Notes: generated by a model from the letters alone, not told the origin. Counted from the first letter of the stretch, positions 29,377 to 43,087 are shown. The stretch is 64,000 nt of DNA from Eledone cirrhosa (GCA_964016885.1 OZ024740.1:209250001-209314000), one strand, 5' to 3'. Translations and numbers: made by a program.

Positions 29377-31419
29377 TAAATAATGTTTGTTTTTAGAACA
29401 AAACAATGAATTCAAGTCCAATGACACATCAAAGCTTACATAAAAAATATTCTGTAAAAATACTTCTCCACTGCTTTTATATTAATAAAAGCAGTGGTTC
29501 ATTCTTTTTGTGTATGGGGTTGTTGCTGTTTCGGGTTGTTGATGTTCGCCTAATTGAAATCAAAGATTAGAGATCAGTTTCCAGGGTCTCCGCGAGGTTC
29601 ATTGTAAAGCAATCACTCCAGATATTTTAGCGCCTTTTTCTACATAGATGTTGATGAGGAAAATCGGTAAAATATAGACCTCGAATATAAGACTACCCAG
29701 CATTTTATCACCCACTTTTTGTTTGTTATATATTTCTCAGATTATACAGGAGTATATATAGTAAATATATATATATATATATATATTTTTTTTCTTTCGT
29801 CATTTTCCACTATTTTCAACTCACGAACGTTACACAATAATTTCGTTTATCACAAATTCAAGCTGCTCTCAAAAGTTTATCACTAGCTCTGTTGTGTTCC
29901 TAATTAATGAGATCGTTAATTTTATTTATTTATAGTGAAACCTATGTTCAATTGTATTGATAGTAAACTGGTCGGCTGCATCAGCAAATATAGGGGGAAA
30001 TGTTTATTTTATATTTTATTCTTTTATCATATTTTTTTTTGTTTTATTTTATCCAATTGTATCACAACTGAAGGTGGTGAATTGGCAGAGACGTTAGAGC
30101 TTTGCGGTGTTCGTTCCGATTCTCTGTGCTCCGAGTTCAAATCCTGCAGCGGTCAACTTTGCCTTTCATCATTTCGAGGTCAGTAAAAAAATAAAAAAAT
30201 AAAAAAATAAATAAAAATAGCCTAGTACTGGGATTGATTTTTTCCTCTACATTTCTTTCTTACTGGGAAATGGGCTCTGCCAGGTTTAAATTGTCCATGA
30301 AATACCATATTTCGCTACAGCGGCACTACGATTCCTAAAGGTGATACGGTTCCATCCATCCATGATGGCTGATTTTGAGAATTGCCATTACTTGATATTT
30401 TTCTCATACATGGGTGGCACGAAAATAACATCTTAGCCTTGCCAAAGACATTCCTTTCTACATATGTTACAGCGAAAGAGAAAAAAGTTTTTTTTCGTCT
30501 ACAACCGGTCATGTTCATGCAAAACACGCGAAAGATGTTTAAATTAAGTGATGCCGGTGCCTAGAGCTTTTTTGGACAAACCCCACTTTCCGAACAATGG
30601 TGACAGGCATCCCAAAACAAGAACAAGTCAATCATTGGCTACCATCATGTCACAGGCTTTACAAAGACTAGGGGTCTCCCACATCCGGTGGACTAACCGC
30701 GTGCTCGAGCACCAAACCGAGTATTTTCATGTTTCCCACGCACATACATACATACACACATATGTACGTACATTCATACATACACACACACGCACGTACA
30801 CACACACACACACACACACATACATGCACGAACGCACATACACACACAAATTCAGCTGAAATAAAATGGACGACCAAATGTCCCGAATATTAAACGAAGG
30901 TAGTACGCTTCCTCAGATAAGCAAATTTGGATTTATTTGATGTTCCAAACTAACAATCCAGTTCTTTTATGAATATGAGTCAGACTTCACCATTCTCTTA
31001 TATAATTTGTTGAATAGTCTTTATTACGATATTTACACACTACAGATCGATAGGCTGCAGTGTATCTAGCTGGTGGCTGAGCTCCCAAACTGACTCGTCT
31101 AAATAAATGACAGTGTGTTCCTTCTATTTAATGTTTGCATACCTTTGTACGAATATCCGTCTGTTTGACAATGTTTTAGCATTATTTCAATATTCCATAA
31201 TATGCTTTTCCAATTACTTTTTTCCCCTTCATTTTCAGGATAAACATTAGTTTATAACTGTTCGATAATGTGATGAATATATATATATATATATATATAT
31301 ATTACACATACATATCTGTGTGTGTTTCTTTGTGTATATATATGTAAGTGTATATGTGTGTATATATATATATATTACACATACATATCTGTGTGTGTTT
31401 CTGTGTGTATATATAAGTG

Positions 31420-31461
<42 letters not shown>

Positions 31462-31537
31462 CATATCTGTGTGTATATGTGTGTGTGTGTTGAGTGTGAA
31501 TATATATAAGTATATAGGTATATATATATATATATAT

Positions 31538-31647
<110 letters not shown>

Positions 31648-31896
31648 ACGCGCGTGTGTGTGTGTGTACGTGCACGTGCGTGCGCGCGTGTGCATAAAGT
31701 AAATGAATGTACATATGCCTGTTGCAAAGTACACATATTGAGAACTATAGAAAACTATATTAATTAAAAAATATATGATTTATATATAATTGAATAATTG
31801 GTTGGTTAGCTAACTAGCTGGGTGAATGGACTAGTCAAATATTTGATCGCAGAATTGGTAGAATACCGGACAAAATAACTTGCTGTATCAACTATA

Positions 31897-32740
31897 ACAA
31901 GGCCAGAAATTTGAAGGGGAGAGGAAAGTCGATTAAATCGACCCCAATGCATTACTGGTGCTTTATTTTATCGACCCCTTAAGGATGAAAGGCAAATTTA
32001 TCCTCGGCGGGATTTGAACTTAAATTGTAAAGGGGTGTAACTCTATCATGCAAAGCAGTTTTGCTGAAGAACTCAAAATAATTGTTTCTACTTTAGACAC
32101 AAGGCCAGCAATTATCCAGTGCATTACTGGTACTTTATTTTATCGACCCCGTAAGGATGAAAGGCAAAGTAAACCTCGGCGGGATTTGAACTCAGACCGT
32201 AAAGGGACGTAACTATGCTGGAAAGCATGGTGTCCGACTCTCTACCGATACTGCCAATCCACAAAATAATGTCAGTCATTGACTAATATAGTATTTTCCT
32301 CTCTGAATAATTATATTTTGTTAGCATATATAATTGTTTCTACTTTTGGCACAAGGCCAGCAATTATCCCAGGGTATTACTGGTACTTTATTTTATCGAC
32401 CCCATAAGGATGAAAGGCAAAGTTACCCTCGGCGGGATTTGACCTCAGATGATAAAGGGCCGTAATTCTTTGTTGCAAAGCATGGCGTCCGACTCTCTAC
32501 CGATACTGCCAATCCACATATAATTGTTTCTTATATAGGCACAAGGCCAGCAATTTTGGGGGAGGGGAAAGTCGATTAAATCGACCCCAGTGCGTGACTG
32601 GTGCTTTATTTTATCGACCCCTTAAGGATGAAAGGCAAATTTATCCTCGGCGGGATTTGAACTTAAATTGTAAAGGGGTGTAACTCTATCCTGCAAAGCA
32701 AGGTGTCCGACGCTCTACCGATACTGCCAATCCACCGCCC
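31897..32740 (-). mobile_element. Cluster of four SINE S1 copies
   Basis: Repeated reverse-complement S1 bodies at ~31897, 32083, 32331 and 32521. Confidence 0.85.
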
Positions 32741-32759
32741 TACAATCAACAAATAATGC

Positions 32760-33040
32760 CAGCACTACCAAGTCTGTTAGTGCCACGAAAACTTCTTTTC
32801 CGAAAATCACTTTCCTCAAAGAAGAAGTTAAACAAGCAAGAGGCCTGGTAGAAAAAAATGGCTTAAATGTGAATATCAACTCACCGCACGAAACTATCCA
32901 AAATACGATACGTCAGACTGTAACGTATCCTATCATTGGATTGAAAACAAGAAAAATAGAAAGAGCTACAGAAGTTCACATCAAGGAGGCTTTAAGTTGT
33001 GTGAGGAACCAGAACACTTTTATGCAACAAGGCAGGGCTT
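32760..33040 (+). mobile_element. Fragment of an L1/Tx1-type ORF1
   Basis: Translates to RQTVTYPIIGLKTRKIERATEVHIKEALSCV, similar to RRTLHFRCISVQTRKMELASQAEVEAALECI in ORF1 at 50137-50748. Confidence 0.55.
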
Positions 33041-33120
33041 GATTTGACCGTAAAGGGCCGCAACTATGCTGCAAAGCATGGTGCCCTACGCTATACCGAT
33101 CTGCCAATCTACCCTCTTAA

Positions 33121-33204
33121 TAATATCGATGGTCCCATATAGGGACCGTATCAGATAAGAACAAATACAACACTTTGATCTTAGCCAAAAGGCCGAGAAG
33201 CTAT
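33121..33204 (-). pseudogene. U2: 3'-truncated U2 snRNA pseudogene
   Basis: Reverse complement ATAGCTTCTCGGCCTTTTGGCTAAGATCAAAGTGTTGTATTTGTTCTTATC matches the U2 5' end, followed by TGATACG and a stem IIb-like hairpin. No Sm site. Confidence 0.88.
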
Positions 33205-33562
33205 CAACTACTATAATACGCCATGTGTGTTTTTATATTTAATCATGTCTGGAACTCTTTAAAATTTACACACACACATGCTCAAACATGCACATAATGC
33301 TTTTCCTATCTAAGCGTACAGATAGACACAAACAGACATTTATATATTAACCCACCTCCTCCTACACACACACACACACACATTTATGATGTGATTATGA
33401 ACGGAGAAGTGGATGGTGAATACACATGGAAAAGAGATTCGCTAAGGAGGTCTTATAAGATGGAAAGTTGACTCCCAGTTTTGCTGAAGAACTCAAAATA
33501 ATGTCAGTCATTGACTAATATAGTATTTTCCTCTCTGAATAATTATATTTTGTTAGCATATG

Positions 33563-33971
33563 TAATTGTTTCTACTTTTGGCACAAGGCGAGCAATTATC
33601 CCAGGGTATTACTGGTACTTTATTTTATCGACCCCATAAGGATGAAAGGCAAAGTTACCCTCGGCGGGATTTGACCTCAGATGATAAAGGGCCGTAACTC
33701 TTTGTTGCAAAGCATGGCGTCCGACTCTCTACCGATACTGCCAATCCACATATAATTGTTTCTTATATAGGCACAAGGCCAGCAATTTTGGGGGAGGGGA
33801 AAGTCGATTAAATCGACCCCAGTGCGTGACTGGTACTTTATTTTATCGACCCCGTAAGGATGAAAGGCAAAGTGAACCTCGGCGAGATTTGAACTCAGAT
33901 CATAACGGACCGTAACTCTATGCTGCAAAGCATGGCGTCCGGCCCGCTACCGACACTGCCAATCCACCGCC
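33563..33971 (-). mobile_element. Two tandem SINE S1 copies (duplicate of 32331-32740)
   Basis: Same SINE pair and same unique left flank as 32270-32740. Confidence 0.85.
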
Positions 33972-34692
33972 CTTGCCAATCCACATATAATGTTCTTGCA
34001 ATAGATATGTTAATTCAACTAGTATATCTGATATATACTGGCATATATCTAGCCTAGCTAGATTCCCTTCACTGTACATCTGTAATTTCATCTATATATG
34101 TATAGATTATATATAGATAGAGAGAGAGAGAGAGTGTGCGGTGCTCAAACCAATAAGACCACTAATCATGACTCAATGCATGAGGAGATGCAGAATGGGT
34201 ATAGAGATATATATTTACCTATCTCTAAATTATATATATATAGGTAGAAGGTAGAAATAGATAGGTAGAAGGGAGAAATAGATAGATTGATAGAGATAAA
34301 GATATGACTAAATCGATCCATCCATTAATCGATTTATACAAACACACACACAGTATATATATATATATAGAGAGAGAGATATATAGGTATCTATATAGTA
34401 ATCTATTTAGCATTGTGATGTGTTATGATTAAGGCTTCCATCATTATTCATATGATATGATTGTGTTGTCCACTAATGTTTTCTTATCTAGCTTTGTTTT
34501 ATGCCGTGTTTCCACTGTCCCTTGTTGTAAGTGCATAGTGAGCCTACAATGGGTGTTGTGTTGTACTTGCATAACCAATGTAACTGAATTTATAAATCAC
34601 ATTTTTCATTTGTTGATTGCTCATATTTTGAAGTTGTCAGCTTAAATAGTTACTGGATCACTCTGCTGGGCTGATGAAATAAGTACCAGTAA

Positions 34693-35058
34693 CAGACCTA
34701 CCAACCTCTAAAAACCTAAACGGGGAGTACCATGAAAAAAAGTGCCCCCAAACGGGGAGACTTGAGGCAAAATGGGGAGATTTTACATAATTGTTTCTAC
34801 TTTAGGCACAAGGCCAGCAATTACCCAGTGCATTACTGGTACTTTATTTCATCGACCCCGTAAGGATGAAAGGCGGGATTTGAACTCAGATCGTAAAGGG
34901 ACGTAACTCTATGATTCAAAGCATGGCGTCCGACCCTCTACCGATACTGCCAATCCACCGAATGAAAGCTATACCGATTTTCACAAGAGAAAACATCTTT
35001 CACCCACCCAAAGTGGGCGAGAGATCTCCCCGTCGGACGGGGAGAGTTGACAAGTCTG
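34693..35058. mobile_element. MITE M1 carrying an internal SINE S1
   Basis: M1 TIRs, with a minus-strand SINE at ~34790-34960 inserted at ttttacataat|gaaagct. Confidence 0.8.
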
Positions 35059-36297
35059 CAATTCAGACAATAATAGAATAGAAACCTAAACAACCTAAAA
35101 AACACCTGAGGACAGTATTGATTTCAATTTAGGAAAAACCCCAGCAAATTTTGGGGAAGGTAACGTTGATTAAATCAACACTAGTACATGACCGGTGCTT
35201 TATTTTATCGATCATAATCATAGAAATCGGAACGAAACGTTTATATGCAGTTCAATAGTTAATATGATGATGAGGGCGGTAAATTGGCAGTACCGGTGGA
35301 GCACCGGACAACATGCTTTATGGCACAGAGTTACGTCCCTTTACGTTCTGAGTTAAAATCCCGCCGAAATTAGCTATGCTTTTCATTCTTACTGGGTTGA
35401 TAAAATAAAGTACCAGTAATGCACTGGGGTCGATTTAATAGACTTTCCCTTCTCAAAATTGGCCCTGTGCCTAAATCAGAAACCATTATTGCACCAGTGA
35501 GAGGAATAAATATTTATCTTATGTGTTATCAATGGCGTCAATTTAATTGACAATATGATAATTATAATAGAATCAAATTACTTCTGATTTTGAGCATATT
35601 TATATGATATATTGATACCTAAATGGGTTTGGTTATTAAATTATATATGTATATGAGCTTATATATACACGTTTATTAATGCGTATGCGTGTGCGTGCGC
35701 CTGCCAGTCTGTCTGCGTGCCTGTCTGTCTGCGTGCCTGCGTGATATGTTGAAACTTGTACATTGATATTTACATGCATACGTGAATTAGATTTCGCTAT
35801 CGATTACCACCAATTCAGTGAGGTTGTGACCTCCAGATTTACTTACCACCTATAATAGTTAGCCAAAAATACCAGTAAAAAATATCAATATCCCTGCTAT
35901 ATAATTCCTATTGAATGCTCTGAGTAGCCATTACATGTTAACTGATATAGTATTGTTCGGATATATTGATAACGTATTACTCAACTAGCTTGTATCCCCC
36001 ACCCCTGCTGCTTTACAAAACGTTTGATGTAGCTGATCCACAATCTCTACAATGGGACTCACCACTGACTACCATGGTATATATGAATAAATTAAGATGG
36101 CGGAGAAGGTATATATATATATAGTAATAAGAATATTTATATTTATATATGTTTAATACAACTATAAATATGGAGGGTAGTACTAAGTACTAGCCGGTTA
36201 CCAGTATGACAAAAGGCTCAATGCGAATTATCAAGTGTTTTACAGAGACGAGATACAAAGTGTTAAAACGATCAAATTTTAGTTTAGAACATTTATT

Positions 36298-36344
36298 TGC
36301 TGACAATTATTTCTTCCAGAGGGAAGTCTGGAATCATCGGAGCA
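36298..36344 (-). ncRNA. Hammerhead motif (family C) in the Penelope 3' end, variant core CCGAUGA
   Basis: TGCT-CCGATGA-TTCCAGA-CTTCCC-TCTGGAA-GAAA-TAATTG-TC-AGCA, with a GUC cleavage triplet. Confidence 0.75.
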
Positions 36345-37964
36345 TAGGGAATGTCAAAACATGAGACTAAAATCCTAGTCATTCAGAACATTTAGGATAC
36401 ACAATTGTTGTTAGTGTCATAGACATCATGTGGAGAATCAGGAGTTAAAAAGATGTTATGCTTGAGAGAACACAATTACAAGCAGCACTGGTTAAAAATG
36501 TAAGAGGTATAAGCAAAGAGTACAGGCAAAAAAGTTATAAGCAAGGAAAAATGTGGGATAGGATACACATAAGATATAAGATATCTTAACATTGGAGAAC
36601 AGTTAATGTTATGGGTGTACAATGCAGGAGTCAATACAATCAATAAGGCATGTACGAGGAAAGAGTTATAATGCAGTTGAAATAAACATATTTCGCGTGG
36701 GATGTTAAAGCATGTTATAAGTGTTAGAAATGTTTAAGATAGCGTGTTATATGTTAGAGAGGCATGTGGTGATAATGTAGGTATATGTTATGTGAGGTGT
36801 AATGCAAAGCACGTGATAGAATTGGATAGGTGATTCTCACTCAAGTGTTTTTGTGTTGTAGTTCGTATGTACATGTTGGTTGTAACTCACATCCATTAAC
36901 CATGGAATTATTTTGAGTCGTTTATAGTTAATAGGTGTTTGTTTGTTAAATGTAAATTCCACCGAATGACAGGCCATGTTGTTATAGTAGGTATATTATA
37001 TTATACATTTTTATCTACAAATTATCTTTTCTAGGGTTTGTATTAACCGTTATTAAGTTGTTGGTAAACTGCTAGGTTGCTTAATTTTATGAATTTACAC
37101 AGGCAGTTGTAAAGGGGGTTAATAACAAAGGGAGGTAATTAAGGTTGTTGATAAATTGAGGGTTGTTTTATTATTGTAGTAGTGTTATAAATTAATCTTT
37201 ATAGAGTATATAAAATATTATTATTGGTTATTACGGCCCTTGCCATTCTGAGTTCAAATCCCGCCGAGGTTAACTTTGCCTTTCATCCTTACGGGGTCGA
37301 TAAAATAAAGTACCAGTAATACATTGGGTAATTGCTAGCCTTGTGCCAAAAGTAGAAACAATTAATTATATAATTGTTATCTTTTCAACTTGTGTGGAGG
37401 GAGTTAAAAACATTTTATTATAACTAGATAGTTTTTACATATTTAGTATATTATATATAATATAAGATATATATATGTGTGAGAATGTAGGGAGTTGCAT
37501 AATATATACTGGAGTAATTGGTGTTATATACACAGTTGTCTGCTATTTAGTTGGTGTTGTATATTGAGAGTATATTAGAGTGTCTATATTATTTAATTAT
37601 TTTAATTGTATAAGGTGAGAGATCAAACAAGGAGAAATGTCGGACAGTATATAGGATAGTGTGATCTTTTAATTAAGGTGTAGTCCTATATTTACGAAGA
37701 TCTAATTGGATAAATTTAAAGGTGGTAGTCTAGTATTATCTCCGACATTGGTTTTTTTTATTATTATTATTATTATTGGCAGTATCGGTAGAGGGTTGGA
37801 TGCCATGCTTTCTAGCATAGTTACGTCACTTTACGTTCTGAGTTCAAATCCCGCCGAGGTTAACTTTGCCTTTCATCCTTACGGGGGTCGATAAAATAAA
37901 GTACCAGTAATATACTGGGTAATTGCTGGCCTTGTGCCAAAAGTAGAAATAATAATAATTATTA

Positions 37965-38400
37965 TTAGTTACTAGGTTTAAAGTAGTGGAAAGAGAATCT
38001 ATGGTAATGTGGGCACGTGGAGAAGATCTCTGATTTCCTATTTAGCAGGCTAAGATTAGAATAAATAATATTTCTAGACTCGAGGATGCAAAGGTTACAC
38101 AATTTGTTATGTGGGCTATATGAAGGGGCCTTAGCTATCACTTCCCATTTAGAGGTGTATGGTATATTACTTGATTTTAATGAGTGTATGTATGTGGATA
38201 GTGAGGTTACGTTGCTAAGTCTAGGGTTTCTGAACGAATGATGGTGTGAATTATATCTGGTCTTAAAGCTATTCGATGTTGAACCTATATGTACTTTCAA
38301 GATGTGATTACCAGTTATAGTACAGGAGTAGATAATGTCTTTAATAAGGCAGTTCTTACTTAATGAGCATGTCTTGTTAGGTCTACAATTACAATTGTTT
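37965..38400 (-). pseudogene. GIY-YIG endonuclease domain of the Penelope-like element
   Basis: IIYSC...VHIGSTSNSFKTRYNSHHHSF...CNLCILES...LNRKSEIFSTCPH. Confidence 0.85.
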
Positions 38401-40573
38401 TGGTAACTAGTATACTAGTTAAGGGGGTGTGAATTTGAGTGGTTGTTTCTGTTAATACTTCTAGTATTATGATTATGGTAAGTATTAGTACCATTATTAT
38501 TGGTATTATTAGTATGACTTGCTGTATGGTCCTGTACTGTGTTATTGTTCAGGTTATTTCTATTATTTTGGTGTAATCTGAAGTACTTTTTAATCTTTCT
38601 CTTGTTGGTGCTGGCTATATGGTCTGCTATGTTAGGTGTGGTGGAGTAGGAGATTTTAATGGTATTTTTGTTAAATAGGTTGTGGTATTTATGGTTAATT
38701 GGGAAGTTTTCGTCTAGAATAAAGAAATCTTTAGGTATGTTTGAGACTAAGTTGAACGGAGGATTAAAAAATGTGTTACTTCTTCTTCTATTCTTATGGT
38801 TGTTATTCATATTATTGTTTTGTGTGGTGTTAAGTACCTTATTATCTATATTTTTCTTTCTGTGGGTTTTCCTAGGATTATTGCTGTGGTGTGAGTTAAC
38901 GTTTTTGATGCCCTCTGTATAGGAGTCGGAATTTTCAATACTATGATTATATTTAATTTTATTCATGGCCATGTTGTGTGAAATTATATTAGGTTGTCTA
39001 TTGGTGGTTGACGATTTAGGTTTAAATTTAATTTTATCTCTATAGCCGGAACGAGCTAAGGCTTCATTATAGTATTGGGAGTTACGGTTAAACGTATTCT
39101 CGTTGTAAGAAAGACTAGAGATTCTATTAGATACTCCTTTAATGATTGAGTTCAATACAGATTTAGGGTGGTTAGGGTTGGTATTAACATAGAAATGTTT
39201 TTCATTAGGTTTATGATAATGTGTATATTTTTTAGAGTCCAAGTAGAGAGTAACGTCCAGGAAGTTAACATTTTTGGTGTTTTTATCTAAAGTGATACCC
39301 AAGTTGAAGTTTTTAAATATTTTATGTAATTGTTTTCTAGTTCTTTCTATATTAAATATTTAAAGTCTAAGAGGAAAAGTGCGTCGTCTCGATAGAGACC
39401 ACCGTTAAGGTAAGGTAGATTCTTATGTATTTCGTTTAAGAGAAATAGACCAACTAAGTCAGTTACCTGTGCCGAGTCGCTAGATCCCATGGTGATATCA
39501 AAGTTGTTGGGTGTATTCTTGCGGGTCCATAGTTGTCTTCAAATTTAATTATTGTTTTCCTGGCCGCAAGGATTATATCTTCCTGGGATCTAGTAAGTTC
39601 ACTATTATTCATGGTCATTATTAATGCTTTATTTAAAAGGATTGGTGAAATAGAGGTGTAGTAGGAGTTTATATCGAATTGGATAAATTTCTTATTTTCA
39701 TTAATACCATTAAACCATTGAATTACCTCACTAGTGTTTCTCCAGAGGTTAAAATGGATTTTTTGTTTAATTTTTGGGATAAATTTATCTAAAAAATGTT
39801 TACTACTAATACCAATGTCGGATCTGGATGAGAAAATAAGTATAATTGAGGAGTTAGTATTGAAGTCATCCTTATGGTCTTTCAGAGAGAATCGTGAGAG
39901 ATTCGGGGTGTAAGGTTGAGTATATATCTCTAGTCCTAATTTACATATTAAACTACGGGCTTCAATATTTATGTCATCCAGGTTTTTATGAGATGTGTTT
40001 TAGTAGTTCTTATAAAGTTCTTTATATATAAATTCTATATATGTATCATAATCTAGGCTATATATGTTTTTAGTTTTATCAGCTAATACTAAGATATTCC
40101 TATTTTTTTTTGTTTTTGTTTTTGTTTTTGTTTTTGTGGTGGAATTTAGGTTATTTAGAAAGTTGTTCTTATTGTAGTATTTCCTGTATTTAATTTTTTT
40201 AACAAGTGACAAGGTCGTTTTCAAATGAGTCTAGTAGATATTGTGTGTAGGGCTTTTATATAATTTGAAGCTGTATGTTTCAAACGAAGGTGCATCCTGT
40301 TCTTTCACAGCGCCGTTCCTATCATAGTGGAAAGCCCTCCATCTAACTCTTTTAATAAAAGAGTTGACACTATTAATCAGTAGTTTTTCATATGTATCTT
40401 TAGATGGGATAGGTATGTTCTTTAAAGACAAAGGAAGATAATCTTTGATCAACATACCGGTAATTTTATATAAGTCAGCTCTACTAGAATGAGCAGAATT
40501 AATAATAAGAATATTTATATATGTTTCATACAATTATAAATATGGAGGGTAGTACTAAGTACTAGCCGATTAC

Positions 40574-40713
40574 TAAGCCTTCATTACGTTTATTGATTGG
40601 TGACGTGCGTTTAGCTATTGATTCCAGAGTCGGGCCAGATCGATACAGATAAAACCTCGAGCCGATCAATAGCGAAACACACGTCACCAATCAATAAACG
40701 TAATGGGGGCTTA
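40574..40713. repeat. Inverted repeat with ~49-bp arms at the Penelope 5' end
   Basis: taagccttcattacgtttattgattggtgacgtg.. versus ..cacgtcaccaatcaataaacgtaatgggggctta. Confidence 0.85.
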
Positions 40714-41386
40714 AATTGTCCTTGTATTATTTTATATATAAATATATATATTATATATATTTATATACACACACACTCACACAAGGATAGGCTTTCCCAA
40801 ATTTCTGGTCTTCTGCCTATATTAGAAAGAATTATTTTCCTATTGGCACACGAGAATCGGATGAAAAGTTCATAGATTGACTATGAAGGAGTGATGCTAG
40901 GGCTGTGAAATCTTGCATGCATTAATTTCAACTCTTCTTATTTATAAACCTCATTTGGTCATTCCATAAACTTTTCAGCCGACCCTCGTATACAGGGTGT
41001 CCCCCGAAAATGTATACACACTTTCATTACCGGTACAGGGAATATTTGTTAGAATGTACAACCTTTCGCAAAAATAAAATGATCTACAGATATAATTTAA
41101 TTGTATGCAAACACCCAAAAATGTTTGCATAATTTAAATAATGCATATAAAACAGAATTTATTTAAATGCATTTTTTTGGCTGTTGACGTATGTTGATAT
41201 TTTTGACGTATGTATATATTTTCATGATAGCAATATCAAATGGTTCTCCAGTGGGAGGTGACGGAATCACTTCGAAACAATCTGGTTATTTGGAAACGAA
41301 TACTCTATTAACATTTAAGCTTTCAAAAATTAATTATCAGGTGTGTGCCAATAAATAACAAAGACATAATCTGTCTTTAGTTCATA

Positions 41387-41934
41387 CTAGCAGAAAAACC
41401 ACCCTTCGGGTGGTTTTCTGCTCGCGTGTGTAGTGTGTATATTGATATTATACGCAGGTATATATACATGTAGATATGATACATCAAATAAAATCGTAAT
41501 TGACAATATATAATACATAGAAATTGAACGAAGACTGTGTTACACTGTCTTCTGTAATCAGTAACGTAATCCATGATACATTAAAAAAGACGATATTATA
41601 TATAAACTGCATTAGGAGAAAATTAGTGACGGAAAATTAGTATGTTTATTTAAGCGATGGCCACCGGAAGTGTTGACATTTCAGAAATTTACAGAAATAA
41701 ACAAAATATATTTCATGAACAGCCACGAAATTTAGTAGATAAATTATGTAATATTCATTCATTATTTACGGGGTCGATAAAATAAAGTACCAGTAATGCA
41801 CTGGGTAATTGCTGGCCTTGTGCCAAACATAGAAATAATTATTTATTCAAAGTAATCCAACTTATTTTACAAACGGGATTAAAAAAAAATAAACCGTACG
41901 CAATCCCGCAGACTTTCCTTTATTATAGTTTAGA
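41387..41934 (-). mobile_element. Non-autonomous Helitron family H2
   Basis: Minus strand: A|TCTAAACTATAATAAAG start, hairpin aaaaccaccc-gaa-gggtggtttt, CTAG|T end. Contains a SINE fragment at ~41766-41840. Confidence 0.85.
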
Positions 41935-42037
41935 TTTATTCACGTGTGAAACTACAAATAACTTTTTAATTTAGTTGCACACAACCGTAATTAACATTTG
42001 ATTATAATTTACATTTCTAGATTACTATGTATTTGTA

Positions 42038-42916
42038 GTGGACTATTGTATGCACTTTGCACTGGAGAAACACCAAGTCTCGGGCTTTACTGTAGCACCA
42101 GCTCAAAACAGGAGAGTTAAGGCTAAAAAGATATCAGATGCTGAATTTGTTAACGACATAGTTCTGGTGACAAACAGTGAAGGAGGCAGAGGAGTTGATG
42201 TAGGAGGTGGAGACTGTGACAATGAGTGTGGGGAAGAGAATGAATGAGATTAAGACGAAGTATCTGGTAGAGAATATTAAAAAGCCAGAGAAGATTATGA
42301 ATGTAGGCGGGAAACCGCTAGAGTTCGTTGAGGACTTCCTGTATCTGGAAGCAAAGATTGAGAACACAGAGAATGAAGTGGTGGAGAGGAAGAGCAAAAC
42401 CTTGGCGGCGTTCCACAGTTTGAGGTCACAGTGGAAGTCGGACCTTTGTAAAGACCTGAAGATCCATCTATTCGTCGCTACAGTGGAGACTATGCTGCTG
42501 TACGGGTCTGAGACTAGGACAATGACCAAGAGACTCACTCAGATAGTGGATGGGTGCTACACGAGAATGCTGAAGATGGCTCTGAATATTAATCAGTATA
42601 CACTGAGGATGAAGAACTCAGAGCTGTACGAAGCCTCCCAAAAGTCAGCTCGAAAGTAACACAGAGCAGACCGAGGTTAGCTGGACATGCTCACCGACAT
42701 TCAGAGTTGACACTGCAATCGGTGATCCCGTGGGGGCCTCTACACGGACACGCTAGAAGAGGGAGACCGAAGACGACATATACTGATGCCCTAAGGACAG
42801 ACGCTGGTCTCTGGGAGAGACAGGACATGGCGGCGATGTTGAAGGGCAGAGACCGCTGGAGAGAACTCATCCATGGATCTCGGAAATGTTACCCGCCCCA
42901 GATAGATAAATAGATA
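42038..42916 (+). mobile_element. 5'-truncated RTE-clade LINE (second family), decayed
   Basis: EFVNDIVL (degenerate ADD), VEDFLYL, LFVATVETMLLYGSET, GCYTRML, RRGRPKTTY, DRWR, and a (GATA)-type tail. Confidence 0.85.
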
Positions 42917-43047
42917 ATACTGAATCGAGATATATATATATATATATATAGTGGTGGAACACTGGAAGGTAATATCCGTAGTGGTAGAGCACTCAGTCCA
43001 AGGGACGAGTTAGGTAGAAGTGGTTACACAACAGTTAGTTCACCATA

Positions 43048-43087
43048 CCGAGAACAATTGTTTCACCTTAGCGGATCTTCAGCTCGA
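43048..43087 (-). ncRNA. Hammerhead motif (family D), minus-strand copy
   Basis: Reverse complement of 43647-43686 with one stem I C>T change (G-U pair retained). Confidence 0.7.

Larger units (their letters stand above)
36125..40575 (-). mobile_element. Decayed near full-length Penelope-like element (Naiad-like): RT + Cys linker + GIY-YIG, with direct terminal repeat
   Basis: Minus-strand motifs ADKTKNIY, FIQFDINSYYTSI, FDITMGSSDSAQVTDLVGL, GLYRDDA, NFLDVTL, CNCRPNKTC..CL, IIY..HIGSTSNSFKTRY, LCNLCILE. A ~70-bp direct repeat lies at 36125-36200 and 40502-40573. Confidence 0.92.

Noticed and set aside
37965-40533. Selenocysteine-encoding Naiad-type ORF
   Set aside because: Conserved Cys positions in the linker and GIY-YIG are TGT/TGC here. 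The TGA at ~61108 in the second PLE sits at an Arg-like position in a decayed copy.
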